Below, one piece after another: positions 9,445 to 17,328 of a stretch of 32,000 bases of DNA. Position 1 is the stretch's first letter. Every line of letters begins with the position of its first letter. Source of the DNA: Promethearchaeum syntrophicum (GTDB lineage: Archaea; Asgardarchaeota; Lokiarchaeia; Sigyniarchaeales; Promethearchaeaceae); assembly GCF_008000775.2 (NCBI RefSeq), contig NZ_CP042905.2:4020001-4052000 (forward strand). The letters are read 5' to 3'. A program made the position numbers and the translations under genes. The notes beneath the pieces were generated by a model. The model was not told the DNA's origin, ran no database searches, and was given only the letters and a program-made list of their open reading frames with translations.

Positions 9445-10704
9445 TTAGTCTCCTCCTTTTGTGAAACCTAATTGTTCAAGTTTCAACCCAATGAAATCAG
9501 TGTGTGTAGCCATTTGCACATTTCTATCATCTTTTTCGGAAATAGCCTTTTTAACTCCACCGATTAAATCTTCCGGAGTAATATCTCTACCACCTAACCC
9601 AACAATAAATCCTCTAATAATTGGTCGGTGTTCAGCAGGATAAAGAGCTGCTTTAAGCTCATATGCAAGGATTCCTTCATGACCATAACCAATATCACGA
9701 TCAAATACAACCACAAGGTTCGCTTGACTGAAAGCTTCTCGTAAATGCTTAACAGGAAATGGTCTAAATAATTTCAAGCTGATTAACCCAATTTTTAACC
9801 CTTCTTCTCTTAATCGATCCACTACACCTCTTGATTCTGAAGCAACACTTGCGACTGCAAAAATAAGAATTTCAGCATCATCTGCTTTGTAGGCTTTATA
9901 AATTCCGTTTCCATAGGAGCGTCCAAATATCCGTGCAAAATCCTTGGCAGCCTCTTCAATTACCTCAAATGCATTCTCATGCGCTTTTTGCATGCTATAT
10001 CGAAATTCATAATAACCAGGCGTATTCCCTTCAGGTCGAATTGTTAAATCTGGGGGTGTTACTGGATTTAAACCAGGTCGAGTACCCATATTTGTTAAAT
10101 CGGTGTGAGGCTTTAAAGCGGGTAAAAATTCAGCTACTTTATCGTCATCCTCAATTTGAACAGGCATCATTGTATGTGATAGAATATATCCATCATATGA
10201 TACAAATGAAGGAAGATAGACTCGTGGATCTTCAGCAATCCTATAGGACATAAGAACTGTGTCGTAAATTTCTTGATTTGATTCTACAAATTGCTGCATG
10301 AACCCAACATCTCTAACGGAAAATGCATCTTGATGATCAGTCCAAACTGTCCATGGTGCCCCCAAACCCCTCATTGCTATACACATAACAACAGGTAGAC
10401 GAGATCCCGCGGCCCAACATAACAATTCAAACATATACGCAAGACCATTTGCACTTGATGCAGTAAAAACACGGCATCCTGTCGCGGAAGCGGCAATTAC
10501 TCCAGAAATAGCAGATTGCTCACTTTCTACACACACAAATTGGGTATTGAACTTTTTCATTTCTCCGGCTTCAACGAATTCTGATATTTTCTCAACAACA
10601 GGACTTTGTGGAGTAATAGGATAGGCGGCAACTACTTCAACACCTACACTTTTACAAGCGTAAGCAGCAGCATGATTTCCAGTGATAACTATTTTTTTGG
10701 GCAT
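9445..10704 (-). CDS. porA: Pyruvate:ferredoxin oxidoreductase subunit alpha
   Basis: 'GNHAAAYACKSVGVEVVAAYPITPQSPVVE', 'FVCVESEQSAISGVIAASATGCRVFTASSANGL'. The track starts at 10731, but a GAAGGAGGAA Shine-Dalgarno sits just upstream of ATG at 10704 (MPKKIVITG), directly after the porD stop. Confidence 0.93.
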   Translation of the reverse strand: MPKKIVITGNHAAAYACKSVGVEVVAAYPITPQSPVVEKISEFVEAGEMKKFNTQFVCVESEQSAISGVIAASATGCRVFTASSANGLAYMFELLCWAAGSRLPVVMCIAMRGLGAPWTVWTDHQDAFSVRDVGFMQQFVESNQEIYDTVLMSYRIAEDPRVYLPSFVSYDGYILSHTMMPVQIEDDDKVAEFLPALKPHTDLTNMGTRPGLNPVTPPDLTIRPEGNTPGYYEFRYSMQKAHENAFEVIEEAAKDFARIFGRSYGNGIYKAYKADDAEILIFAVASVASESRGVVDRLREEGLKIGLISLKLFRPFPVKHLREAFSQANLVVVFDRDIGYGHEGILAYELKAALYPAEHRPIIRGFIVGLGGRDITPEDLIGGVKKAISEKDDRNVQMATHTDFIGLKLEQLGFTKGGD

Positions 10705-10705
10705 T

Positions 10706-11074
10706 TTAATTTCCTCCTTCATCAGATTCACATGAGGGATTTTCTTTCTCAGGAATCATCTCGATAGCTTGAGCCGGACATTCATTAGCACACACTCCGC
10801 ACCCTTTGCAATAATCATAATCAAAAGTTGGTGGAATAGTTCTATTTACAGAAATTTCAGGGCAAAACATCCAGCATAAAAGACAAGATAGTTTTCCAGT
10901 TTTAACCATTATACATTTTTCATCATGCATTATCGGTTTCATAGTTCTCCAAGTTCCGGTTTTTCCAGCTTCACCAATGGCTGCTGTCTGTCTTGATGAT
11001 AAAATTGACTGAGCAACTTTTTTCTCAAATTTGATGTCTTCTTCAGTATGGGTCAATTTATTTAACCTCCTCAA
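10706..11074 (-). CDS. porD: Pyruvate:ferredoxin oxidoreductase subunit delta (2[4Fe-4S] ferredoxin-like)
   Basis: 'GTWRTMKPIMHDEKC...CLLCWMFCPEISV' and 'YDYCKGCGVCANECPAQAIEMI'; located between gamma and alpha. Confidence 0.88.
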   Translation of the reverse strand: MRRLNKLTHTEEDIKFEKKVAQSILSSRQTAAIGEAGKTGTWRTMKPIMHDEKCIMVKTGKLSCLLCWMFCPEISVNRTIPPTFDYDYCKGCGVCANECPAQAIEMIPEKENPSCESDEGGN

Positions 11075-11672
11075 CTAATGCCTGTTCTGCAGCCATATTT
11101 GCTGCTTTTACATTTAAATCGGTTTTCGTACTTTTTCCAAACTTATTTTCAATAGCATTCTTCGCGTCGTCTAAGGTAATTTTTATAGAAGATTTTGCAA
11201 TTACACCAAGAACCGAAGTATTGACAATAGGTTGGTTTTCTCTGTTTAATAATTTCAAATCAAATGCTATTTGAGTTAAATCTGCAGTAACAATAGTTAT
11301 TTTTCGATCACCAAAATCATACATGTTCCGCACATCTTCAGGACATTTCCATGTATTTAGAATTAAAGCTCCTCCTGTTTTAATTCTATCAATAACATGA
11401 TTTCCAAATACCGTTTCATCCAGCACTATTACATAATCCGCTTGTTGTATCTGAGCTCTTGTCCAAATTGGTTCATCAGAAATTCGACAAAAAGCCATAA
11501 CGGGAGCACCTCTTCTTTCGGTTCCAAAGGAAGGAAAAGCAGAGACTTCTGGGTAATTATTGCTTAAAATTGCAGCTTCCGCCAAAATCTTTCCAGCAGT
11601 TACTGCACCCATTCCCCCGCGCCCATAAATAATAATTTCAATCATTTGAGTCACATGAAATGCATCTAACAC
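11058..11672 (-). CDS. porG: Pyruvate:ferredoxin oxidoreductase subunit gamma
   Basis: 'MIEIIIYGRGGMGAVTAGKILAEAAI', 'PSFGTERRGAPVMAFCRIS'. The likely true start is MIEIII at 11645. Confidence 0.9.
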   Translation of the reverse strand: MLDAFHVTQMIEIIIYGRGGMGAVTAGKILAEAAILSNNYPEVSAFPSFGTERRGAPVMAFCRISDEPIWTRAQIQQADYVIVLDETVFGNHVIDRIKTGGALILNTWKCPEDVRNMYDFGDRKITIVTADLTQIAFDLKLLNRENQPIVNTSVLGVIAKSSIKITLDDAKNAIENKFGKSTKTDLNVKAANMAAEQALVEEVK

Positions 11673-12034
11673 ATTAAAATATATTAAATATATTATCGTT
11701 TCAAATAAAAACTTTCAAATTGGGAAAATCAAGGGAAAAAGAAGAAAAATTTGTTTTTTTTAGGTCAACATTGAAAATTTAGGATTTTCTTGTTTTTTTA
11801 ATCAAACTTTTCAAATTTATGCTTTTCTTGTTTTTTGATTTTAGTTTTTTGATTTTATTTCACGGAACTTTTACAATTATTTCACAAATATTTAAAAAGT
11901 TCATGAGATTAATTTTCTTTGGCGTAAAATATTAAGGAAATATGATATACTCTACTTTTTACAAAAGAGATTTCATAACTACAAAATTGAAATCGCCTAA
12001 TTAACCCTAATAATCCTATTAGGAGTAGTTTAAA

Positions 12035-12940
12035 ATGCACCACGCAAAAAAATATGATGACTTCGATGATTCAGATGAACCTTGCTGCCAAAATCCAGAT
12101 ATTATAGTCAATGAGGATGGAACCCGCGTTTGCGCCAATTGTGGGTTAACTTTTGGTCAAGCATTTGTAGATTCTGAACGAAGGGCATACACAACTGAAG
12201 AGGTTGCTTCTCGTCGCCGAACGGAACCAAAATGGAGATCTTTTGGGCCTCGTACGGTTATTACAGGCGTTCAAACGGATGCGAGAGGCCATCATCTTGA
12301 GGCTAAGCAACAGGCACTATTTTCACGTTTATCTAAAATTCAAGGTTCGTTGGTATCATCTTTAGAAAGAAATTTCTGGGAAGCAAAACCCAAACTTAAC
12401 GGTCTCTCACTGAAGTTATCTATTCCTTCACAAATCACAGAGACTGCTTGGAAAATTTATACCGAAGTAGCAAAGCAAAAACTTACCATGGGGCGTTCTA
12501 TTGATGGGTTTGTAACCGCCTCACTTTATGCAGCAATTAGAATTCATGAATTTCCTCGTTTATTAGAAGAGATAACCGAAGTGGCGATGATCCCATTACG
12601 AAGTGTTCACCGTTCCCTTGGGTTAATTGTTAGAATGGTATTTCCTGTGTTAAAAATGAAGTATAAACCGGTTACCACGCGATCACTGGTATTCCGATTT
12701 GGAAATGAATTAAAGTTATCTATGGGCGTTCAAACTGAAGCGGCCAATATGCTAACTAAATCAAGGAAGAATGGTTTAAAATCAATGGGTAAAGATCCTA
12801 AAGGTTTAGCTGCTGCTGCGCTCTATATGAGCTGCAAAAACAGCCAAGAAAAAAGAACCCAAGCCGCAATTGCCGATGTAGCCAGAATTACAGAAGTCAC
12901 ACTTCGTACTCGTGTGAAACAGATTAAAAGTTTTCTATAG
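12035..12940 (+). CDS. tfb: Transcription initiation factor B (TFB), paralog 1
   Basis: Zinc ribbon CCQNPDII...CANCGL, B-reader region 'RRRTEPKWRSFGPRTV', two cyclin folds including 'GRSIDGFVTASLYAAIRI' and 'GLAAAALYMSCK...TQAAIADVARITEVTLRTRVK'. Confidence 0.9.
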   Translation: MHHAKKYDDFDDSDEPCCQNPDIIVNEDGTRVCANCGLTFGQAFVDSERRAYTTEEVASRRRTEPKWRSFGPRTVITGVQTDARGHHLEAKQQALFSRLSKIQGSLVSSLERNFWEAKPKLNGLSLKLSIPSQITETAWKIYTEVAKQKLTMGRSIDGFVTASLYAAIRIHEFPRLLEEITEVAMIPLRSVHRSLGLIVRMVFPVLKMKYKPVTTRSLVFRFGNELKLSMGVQTEAANMLTKSRKNGLKSMGKDPKGLAAAALYMSCKNSQEKRTQAAIADVARITEVTLRTRVKQIKSFL

Positions 12941-13112
12941 AAAAATTCGCAATTTGTGTTCTAATAGTTTTTCTTATTTTTTCCAACCAATTTATTTGAT
13001 TTTCCACAAGCACTAGTCGTTTTTCGAGCTCTTCTTTAGTTGGGGCGGGAGATTTAGAGAAAATTAATGATTCTTTAACTTCAGATTTTTTGTAATCAAG
13101 AAAATGCGCCAT
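12924..13112 (-). CDS. Small putative coiled-coil protein
   Basis: 62 aa with charged, heptad-like 'KEELEKRLVLVENQINWLEKIRKTIRTQI'. Convergent 17-nt overlap with the tfb stop; same direction as the upstream 13167-14207 gene. Confidence 0.4.
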   Translation of the reverse strand: MAHFLDYKKSEVKESLIFSKSPAPTKEELEKRLVLVENQINWLEKIRKTIRTQIANFSIENF

Positions 13113-13166
13113 GAGAAATTCCAGTAGTAGGATTGATAAATTATATTTGTCGAAGAAATTAAACGA

Positions 13167-14207
13167 TTAACTTATTTTATTTAAAGACCAAGCAAAGTAA
13201 CCGATCCCAGCCAAAACTGTTATTGCAATAATATAAAACCGTCCATTGAAATTCCAGTTTTCTCGGAGAACAGATGAAACTGAGTTGAATTTGAACTCCA
13301 AAAATGTGTTTCCGAGAAAAAATGGGCCTAATCCACAATAGAGCTCTACTGGGATGGATTCCGTGGTAAAGGTGCTCGATCCAGACAGCGTTCCCTCGTA
13401 ATCAAACTCATAGAACTCTTCTTCATTAAATTCCCCTGAAAAAGTCTCATTTTCGTGGTATCCTAAACGGGCAATTGCCTCATATCCGAGAGAAAATAAG
13501 GATCCTTTCATCGCTAGACTTCCTTTATGAATGCTCACATGGCTAGTGTAAGTAATTGATCCGTCAGGGTAGGTTTTGAACGTGGAATTTAACTGATTCT
13601 GGTTAAAAGTAATATAAATATTTCCCTCGATGTCATCTAAATTCGACACAATAATCTCCTTCTCTTTAGTGAATAGAGATTTACATCTCCCAATGGCAAC
13701 GCCTTCGGCAAGATTCGTTGTAAAGACTACTAGCTTTAAATTGTCCAATTTTTGTGATGTTGAAATAGTTTTCTGAATTGTATATTCACTCCCATTTGAT
13801 TCCAGTAGTGAGCTGTTCAAGTACTCGAACCAAAAATAGAAATTTAAATCATAGTTGCCCTTGAAAGCAATTGAAGTTAAGGTTTGGTTAAAAAAAATAT
13901 CTGAATAGTAGAAATCGGATATTGATTCCAACACACGGAATGAAAGAGTAAAAATATAATCAAACCCGATATTATGTCGCTCTTCCTTAACTGTATAGTT
14001 AATTTCAAACTCAGAGTTTGAAGTCGGTTGGATTGTTGCTGTTTTGTCAACTTGAATTAAGCCTAAAAAAGGCCCTTCATTCTGATTCAGCAAGAAGGGA
14101 GAGAAGATGAATATGCAGCTAATAGTAATTAACAAAGCAAGGATTATCATCCCTCGTTTTCCATTAGGTCCAATATTAATCTGCATTTTTGTGTTCAAGT
14201 TTACCAC
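13167..14207 (-). CDS. Hypothetical membrane-anchored protein with large predicted extracytoplasmic domain
   Basis: N-terminal TM 'GMIILALLITISCIFIFSPFLL', about 280 aa beta-rich N-glycosylation-like (NxS/T-rich) region, C-terminal TM 'FYIIAITVLAGIGYFAW'. Confidence 0.6.
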   Translation of the reverse strand: MVNLNTKMQINIGPNGKRGMIILALLITISCIFIFSPFLLNQNEGPFLGLIQVDKTATIQPTSNSEFEINYTVKEERHNIGFDYIFTLSFRVLESISDFYYSDIFFNQTLTSIAFKGNYDLNFYFWFEYLNSSLLESNGSEYTIQKTISTSQKLDNLKLVVFTTNLAEGVAIGRCKSLFTKEKEIIVSNLDDIEGNIYITFNQNQLNSTFKTYPDGSITYTSHVSIHKGSLAMKGSLFSLGYEAIARLGYHENETFSGEFNEEEFYEFDYEGTLSGSSTFTTESIPVELYCGLGPFFLGNTFLEFKFNSVSSVLRENWNFNGRFYIIAITVLAGIGYFAWSLNKIS

Positions 14208-14230
14208 TTATGTATTTCCATGTTGATTTA

Positions 14231-14240
14231 TTTATATAAA
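14231..14240 (-). promoter_or_regulatory. TATA-box-like element (TTTATATAAA)
   Basis: Symmetric TTTATATAAA about 24-33 bp upstream of the minus-strand start at 14207; because it is symmetric it could serve either strand. Confidence 0.45.
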
Positions 14241-14272
14241 TTCTTGGTTCACCTTATATAGATTTCAGTGCC

Positions 14273-14744
14273 TTCGACTCGATTTCAATAACCTCATATT
14301 GCATCCCGACACGCATATATGATTAAAACTTAAGTATCTCCTTGTAATAAGCGATTGCGATTGAAAAAGGGAAAAAAAGAAAATAGAAGTAAGAGTCGGG
14401 TGATTATATATCGTTGACGGATTCTGACGGAGTCTTGTGAGCATTCCTACCAGAATCGAGTCGAATGACCATGTTCACTAACCCATAGGGACAATTTTTT
14501 TACTTTCATCTATTTACTCATACACAATCATTTTTACTAACCCATTGTGAACTTTTTCCGACTAAATCGCACCACGTCAGCTTATTCTGACTTTTGACCG
14601 AGAGATAGTGACGAAGACAACTCAATCAATCAATTATGACTACAAATCGGTTAATAAGAGTAAACAAGCCATGCACAACCCATGACAATGAGCTTTAAGG
14701 ACGCCCTCGAGATGGGGGACCAGTCCCCATCGGTTTCGGGAGGG
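14273..14744. ncRNA. Candidate structured noncoding RNA / repeat-rich regulatory region (family unknown)
   Basis: No supported ORF. Perfect 12-bp inverted repeat TTCGACTCGATT (14273-14284)/AATCGAGTCGAA (14454-14465) nesting CCCGAC (14305-14310)/GTCGGG (14395-14400); further hairpins at 14473-14552, 14576-14591 and 14704-14744. Confidence 0.3.
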
Positions 14745-14797
14745 TTATAATGGAGGGAAGGTAGAAGAAGTACTCTAGAGGAAGAGGAGGAGAGGGT

Positions 14798-14825
14798 TAA
14801 AGAAGAAAAAAGGGATTTTTTCCCT
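14798..14825 (-). terminator. Hairpin plus T-run terminator of the MBL gene
   Basis: On the minus strand AGGGA-AAAAA-TCCCT (14825-14811) followed by TTTTTTCTTCTTT, starting at the TGA stop. Confidence 0.55.
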
Positions 14826-15556
14826 CACTCAGTGATTCTGCCCCTACGGAGCAGATAACCACTGTGCGCGGTTCCAATGAGTTTAACTTTTTTTTCTTTA
14901 ATAATCTCCTTTAATTTCTCATTGGATTTTAATTGAGTTTCTGTATCCATATTTACCATCCGCATAAACGGAAGAATTTTTCCCGACTTTCTCAACCGAA
15001 AGGTATCTCCGGTAAATAAATAAGAATCATTGACAAGATACGCAGTATGACCCGGAGTATGACCCGGCGCGGGTATGGGTAGAATAGTAATTCCTTCAAT
15101 CGTTAACTGAGAATTCATTGTTAAATCAATCATATTTGGACGATCCAACTTTCCATATACTTTCAGAAACTTAAATCGCAAGGTTGAACCATCGGTCATT
15201 TGGCGTTCTTCAGGAGATATATATACGTTAGCATCGGGGAAATGACGTAAGCCTCCACTATGATCTGGGTCAATGTGAGTTAAGAAGATGTCCGAAACTT
15301 GATCTATTTGTAATCCTAATTGCTCAAATTGTGACTTCAAATTTCTTCCATATCCTGTATCAATAAGAATAATCGATTCTTTGTTACGGATAGCATAATA
15401 ATTCACTTGACCACCTGCCAAACAAAAAATTTCAAGCGTATTCTCTTTCAAAAGGATTTTTTGGGATCTAGCAGCCATCATAGTAGATAAAAAATTCCCA
15501 AATAAGATCAGAATGATGACTCCAACAATAATTAAAATATATCCAATGATGGGCAT
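14825..15556 (-). CDS. MBL-fold metallo-hydrolase, membrane-anchored
   Basis: N-terminal TM, then 'IILIDTGYGRN', 'FLTHIDPDHSGG' (HxDxDH metal motif), 'PAPGHTPGHTAYL', 'GDTF', 'GTAHSG'. Confidence 0.85.
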   Translation of the reverse strand: MPIIGYILIIVGVIILILFGNFLSTMMAARSQKILLKENTLEIFCLAGGQVNYYAIRNKESIILIDTGYGRNLKSQFEQLGLQIDQVSDIFLTHIDPDHSGGLRHFPDANVYISPEERQMTDGSTLRFKFLKVYGKLDRPNMIDLTMNSQLTIEGITILPIPAPGHTPGHTAYLVNDSYLFTGDTFRLRKSGKILPFMRMVNMDTETQLKSNEKLKEIIKEKKVKLIGTAHSGYLLRRGRITE

Positions 15557-15608
15557 GTAAAATAATTGATTTGTTGGGTTTATAAAAATATTGGGTGAAA
15601 AAAGTAGA

Positions 15609-16517
15609 TTACTCAGTAGGAATATTTTGAAGTTTATTTCGGATCTGTTTTGCGCGTGTTCTGAGAGTCACTTCGGTTATTCTGGCAATAGAAGCGATTT
15701 GAGTTTGGGTTCGTTTTTCTCCCTTGTTCTTTGATGCTAAATAGAGCACTGCGGCAGCGATTCCTTTGGGATCTTTGCCCATTTTTGCCAATCCTTTATG
15801 AGAAGCAGTTTTCAATAAGTCATAAGCATGTCTTTGAGTTTTGATTGACAGGTTTAATTCTGCACCAAATCGATATATCAAAGGGTTAGGGGATATAGGC
15901 TTATATTTCAATCCCATTTCTGGGAGTATGAGTCGGACAATTAATCCTAAAGACCGATGCACCGAACGGATTGAGATTATGGCTACATCTACTAATTCTT
16001 CTAATAATCGGGGAAAATTATGTATTCGAATAGCAGCATAAAGAGATGCAGTGACAAAGGACTCAATACTTCGCCCCATTGTGAGTTTCTTCTTAGCTAC
16101 TTGGGTATAAATCGACCAAGCACTCTCTTGAATGAAGCTAGGAATCTGCAGTTTCAAACATAAATTAGTTAGTTTAGGCTTACTTTCCCAAAAATTTCGT
16201 TCAATTGAATTGATTAACGATCCTTGAATCTTAGATAGCCTGTTAAAGAGTTGAGTTTTTTTGGAATCCAGATGATGGCCTTTGCTATCTACCTTGTTTA
16301 AACCGATTATTGTTCTCGGACCATAAGTTCTCCAACGAGGTTCCGTACGACGACGACTTCTAACTTCATCTGCAGTGTAAGCTCTTCTCTCACTTGACAC
16401 AAGTTCTTGTGAAATTACGACACCACAGTTACGACACACAATAAATCCGTCGTCTGTGGCGATAATATCTGGATCGCTGCAGCATTTTTCAGTATTTGGT
16501 AAAGATTTCATTAACAT
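15609..16517 (-). CDS. tfb: Transcription initiation factor B (TFB), paralog 2
   Basis: Strongly similar along its length to the 12035-12940 product: CCSDPDII...CRNCGVV, 'RRRTEPRWRTYGPRTI', 'GRSIESFVTASLYAAIRIHNFPRLLEEL', 'TQTQIASIARITEVTLRTRAKQIR'. Confidence 0.9.
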   Translation of the reverse strand: MLMKSLPNTEKCCSDPDIIATDDGFIVCRNCGVVISQELVSSERRAYTADEVRSRRRTEPRWRTYGPRTIIGLNKVDSKGHHLDSKKTQLFNRLSKIQGSLINSIERNFWESKPKLTNLCLKLQIPSFIQESAWSIYTQVAKKKLTMGRSIESFVTASLYAAIRIHNFPRLLEELVDVAIISIRSVHRSLGLIVRLILPEMGLKYKPISPNPLIYRFGAELNLSIKTQRHAYDLLKTASHKGLAKMGKDPKGIAAAVLYLASKNKGEKRTQTQIASIARITEVTLRTRAKQIRNKLQNIPTE

Positions 16518-16728
16518 GTTTTTAACCTATAGGTTCTTGTGAAATTCCATTTTATTCCGGATCAAAAAAAATCGACAATATAAATTTGATTACAAGTTCT
16601 ATTTAACTGATTGTAGTCCGCCCATATTACTCCACATATTTCCCCACAAAATTCCCACAATCTTTGAATTTTGGAAATTTTTAAGCTAAAAAGGAATATA
16701 TTGAAATCTGAAATATTCAGATAAATAA

Positions 16729-17325
16729 ATGAGCTTATTTAATTTTTTGGAAAACTTTATTTATTTTAATAAAATGCTTTCAATGATTCGTGCCTCATTT
16801 TCACTAATGGATGAAATACGGGAAATAATTAATAGTAATTATCATATGTATGAGAAAATTCTCCTTATTCAAGAAGATCATAATGAACATTTTGTAAATG
16901 AGCAATGGGCAGAACAGAATTTTCCTATTCGAGAATTTTATTTGGCCAGAGATAATGGGGAATATGTTGGAATGGCATCCTATCAAAATCTGGGGAATTT
17001 TGCATATATTGGTTATTTTTACATTAAATTTGGATTTCATCGAAAAGGGTATGGTAGGAGGATAATGCAATTTTTGGAAATGAAAGCTAAATCCGAACAG
17101 TTAAACGAAATTCGCCTTTTTGTAAATGATTCAGCGGATTGGGCAGAAAATGCATATAAATCAATGGGGTTTCAAGAAAAATCTTCAAATAAAACAGAAA
17201 TACTATTGATGAATCAAGGAATATTATCAAAATATTATGAAGAAGGGCAGACTCTCTTAGTAAAAACCCTGTCACCTTTAAAACCAGCAAATCTCATAAA
17301 TAATTCTTTTTCCATGGAGGAGTAA
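16729..17325 (+). CDS. GNAT family N-acetyltransferase
   Basis: 'EFYLARDNGEYVGMASYQNLGNFAYIGYFYIKFGFHRKGYGRRIMQFLEMKAK...AENAYKSMGFQEK' (acetyl-CoA binding motif A). Confidence 0.8.
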   Translation: MSLFNFLENFIYFNKMLSMIRASFSLMDEIREIINSNYHMYEKILLIQEDHNEHFVNEQWAEQNFPIREFYLARDNGEYVGMASYQNLGNFAYIGYFYIKFGFHRKGYGRRIMQFLEMKAKSEQLNEIRLFVNDSADWAENAYKSMGFQEKSSNKTEILLMNQGILSKYYEEGQTLLVKTLSPLKPANLINNSFSMEE

Positions 17326-17328
17326 TTC

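Noticed and set aside
8886-10253. Plus-strand ORFs antisense to porB/porA (8886, 9461, 9933)
   Set aside because: Antisense shadows of conserved por genes; no independent support.
14825-15556. MBL hydrolase with HxDxDH instead of HxHxDH as a possible new enzyme class
   Set aside because: The H-x-D-x-D-H variant is, to my knowledge, already common in MBL-fold proteins, so by itself it is not notable.
15841-16041. 66-aa plus-strand ORF inside TFB paralog 2
   Set aside because: Antisense shadow of a conserved coding region.
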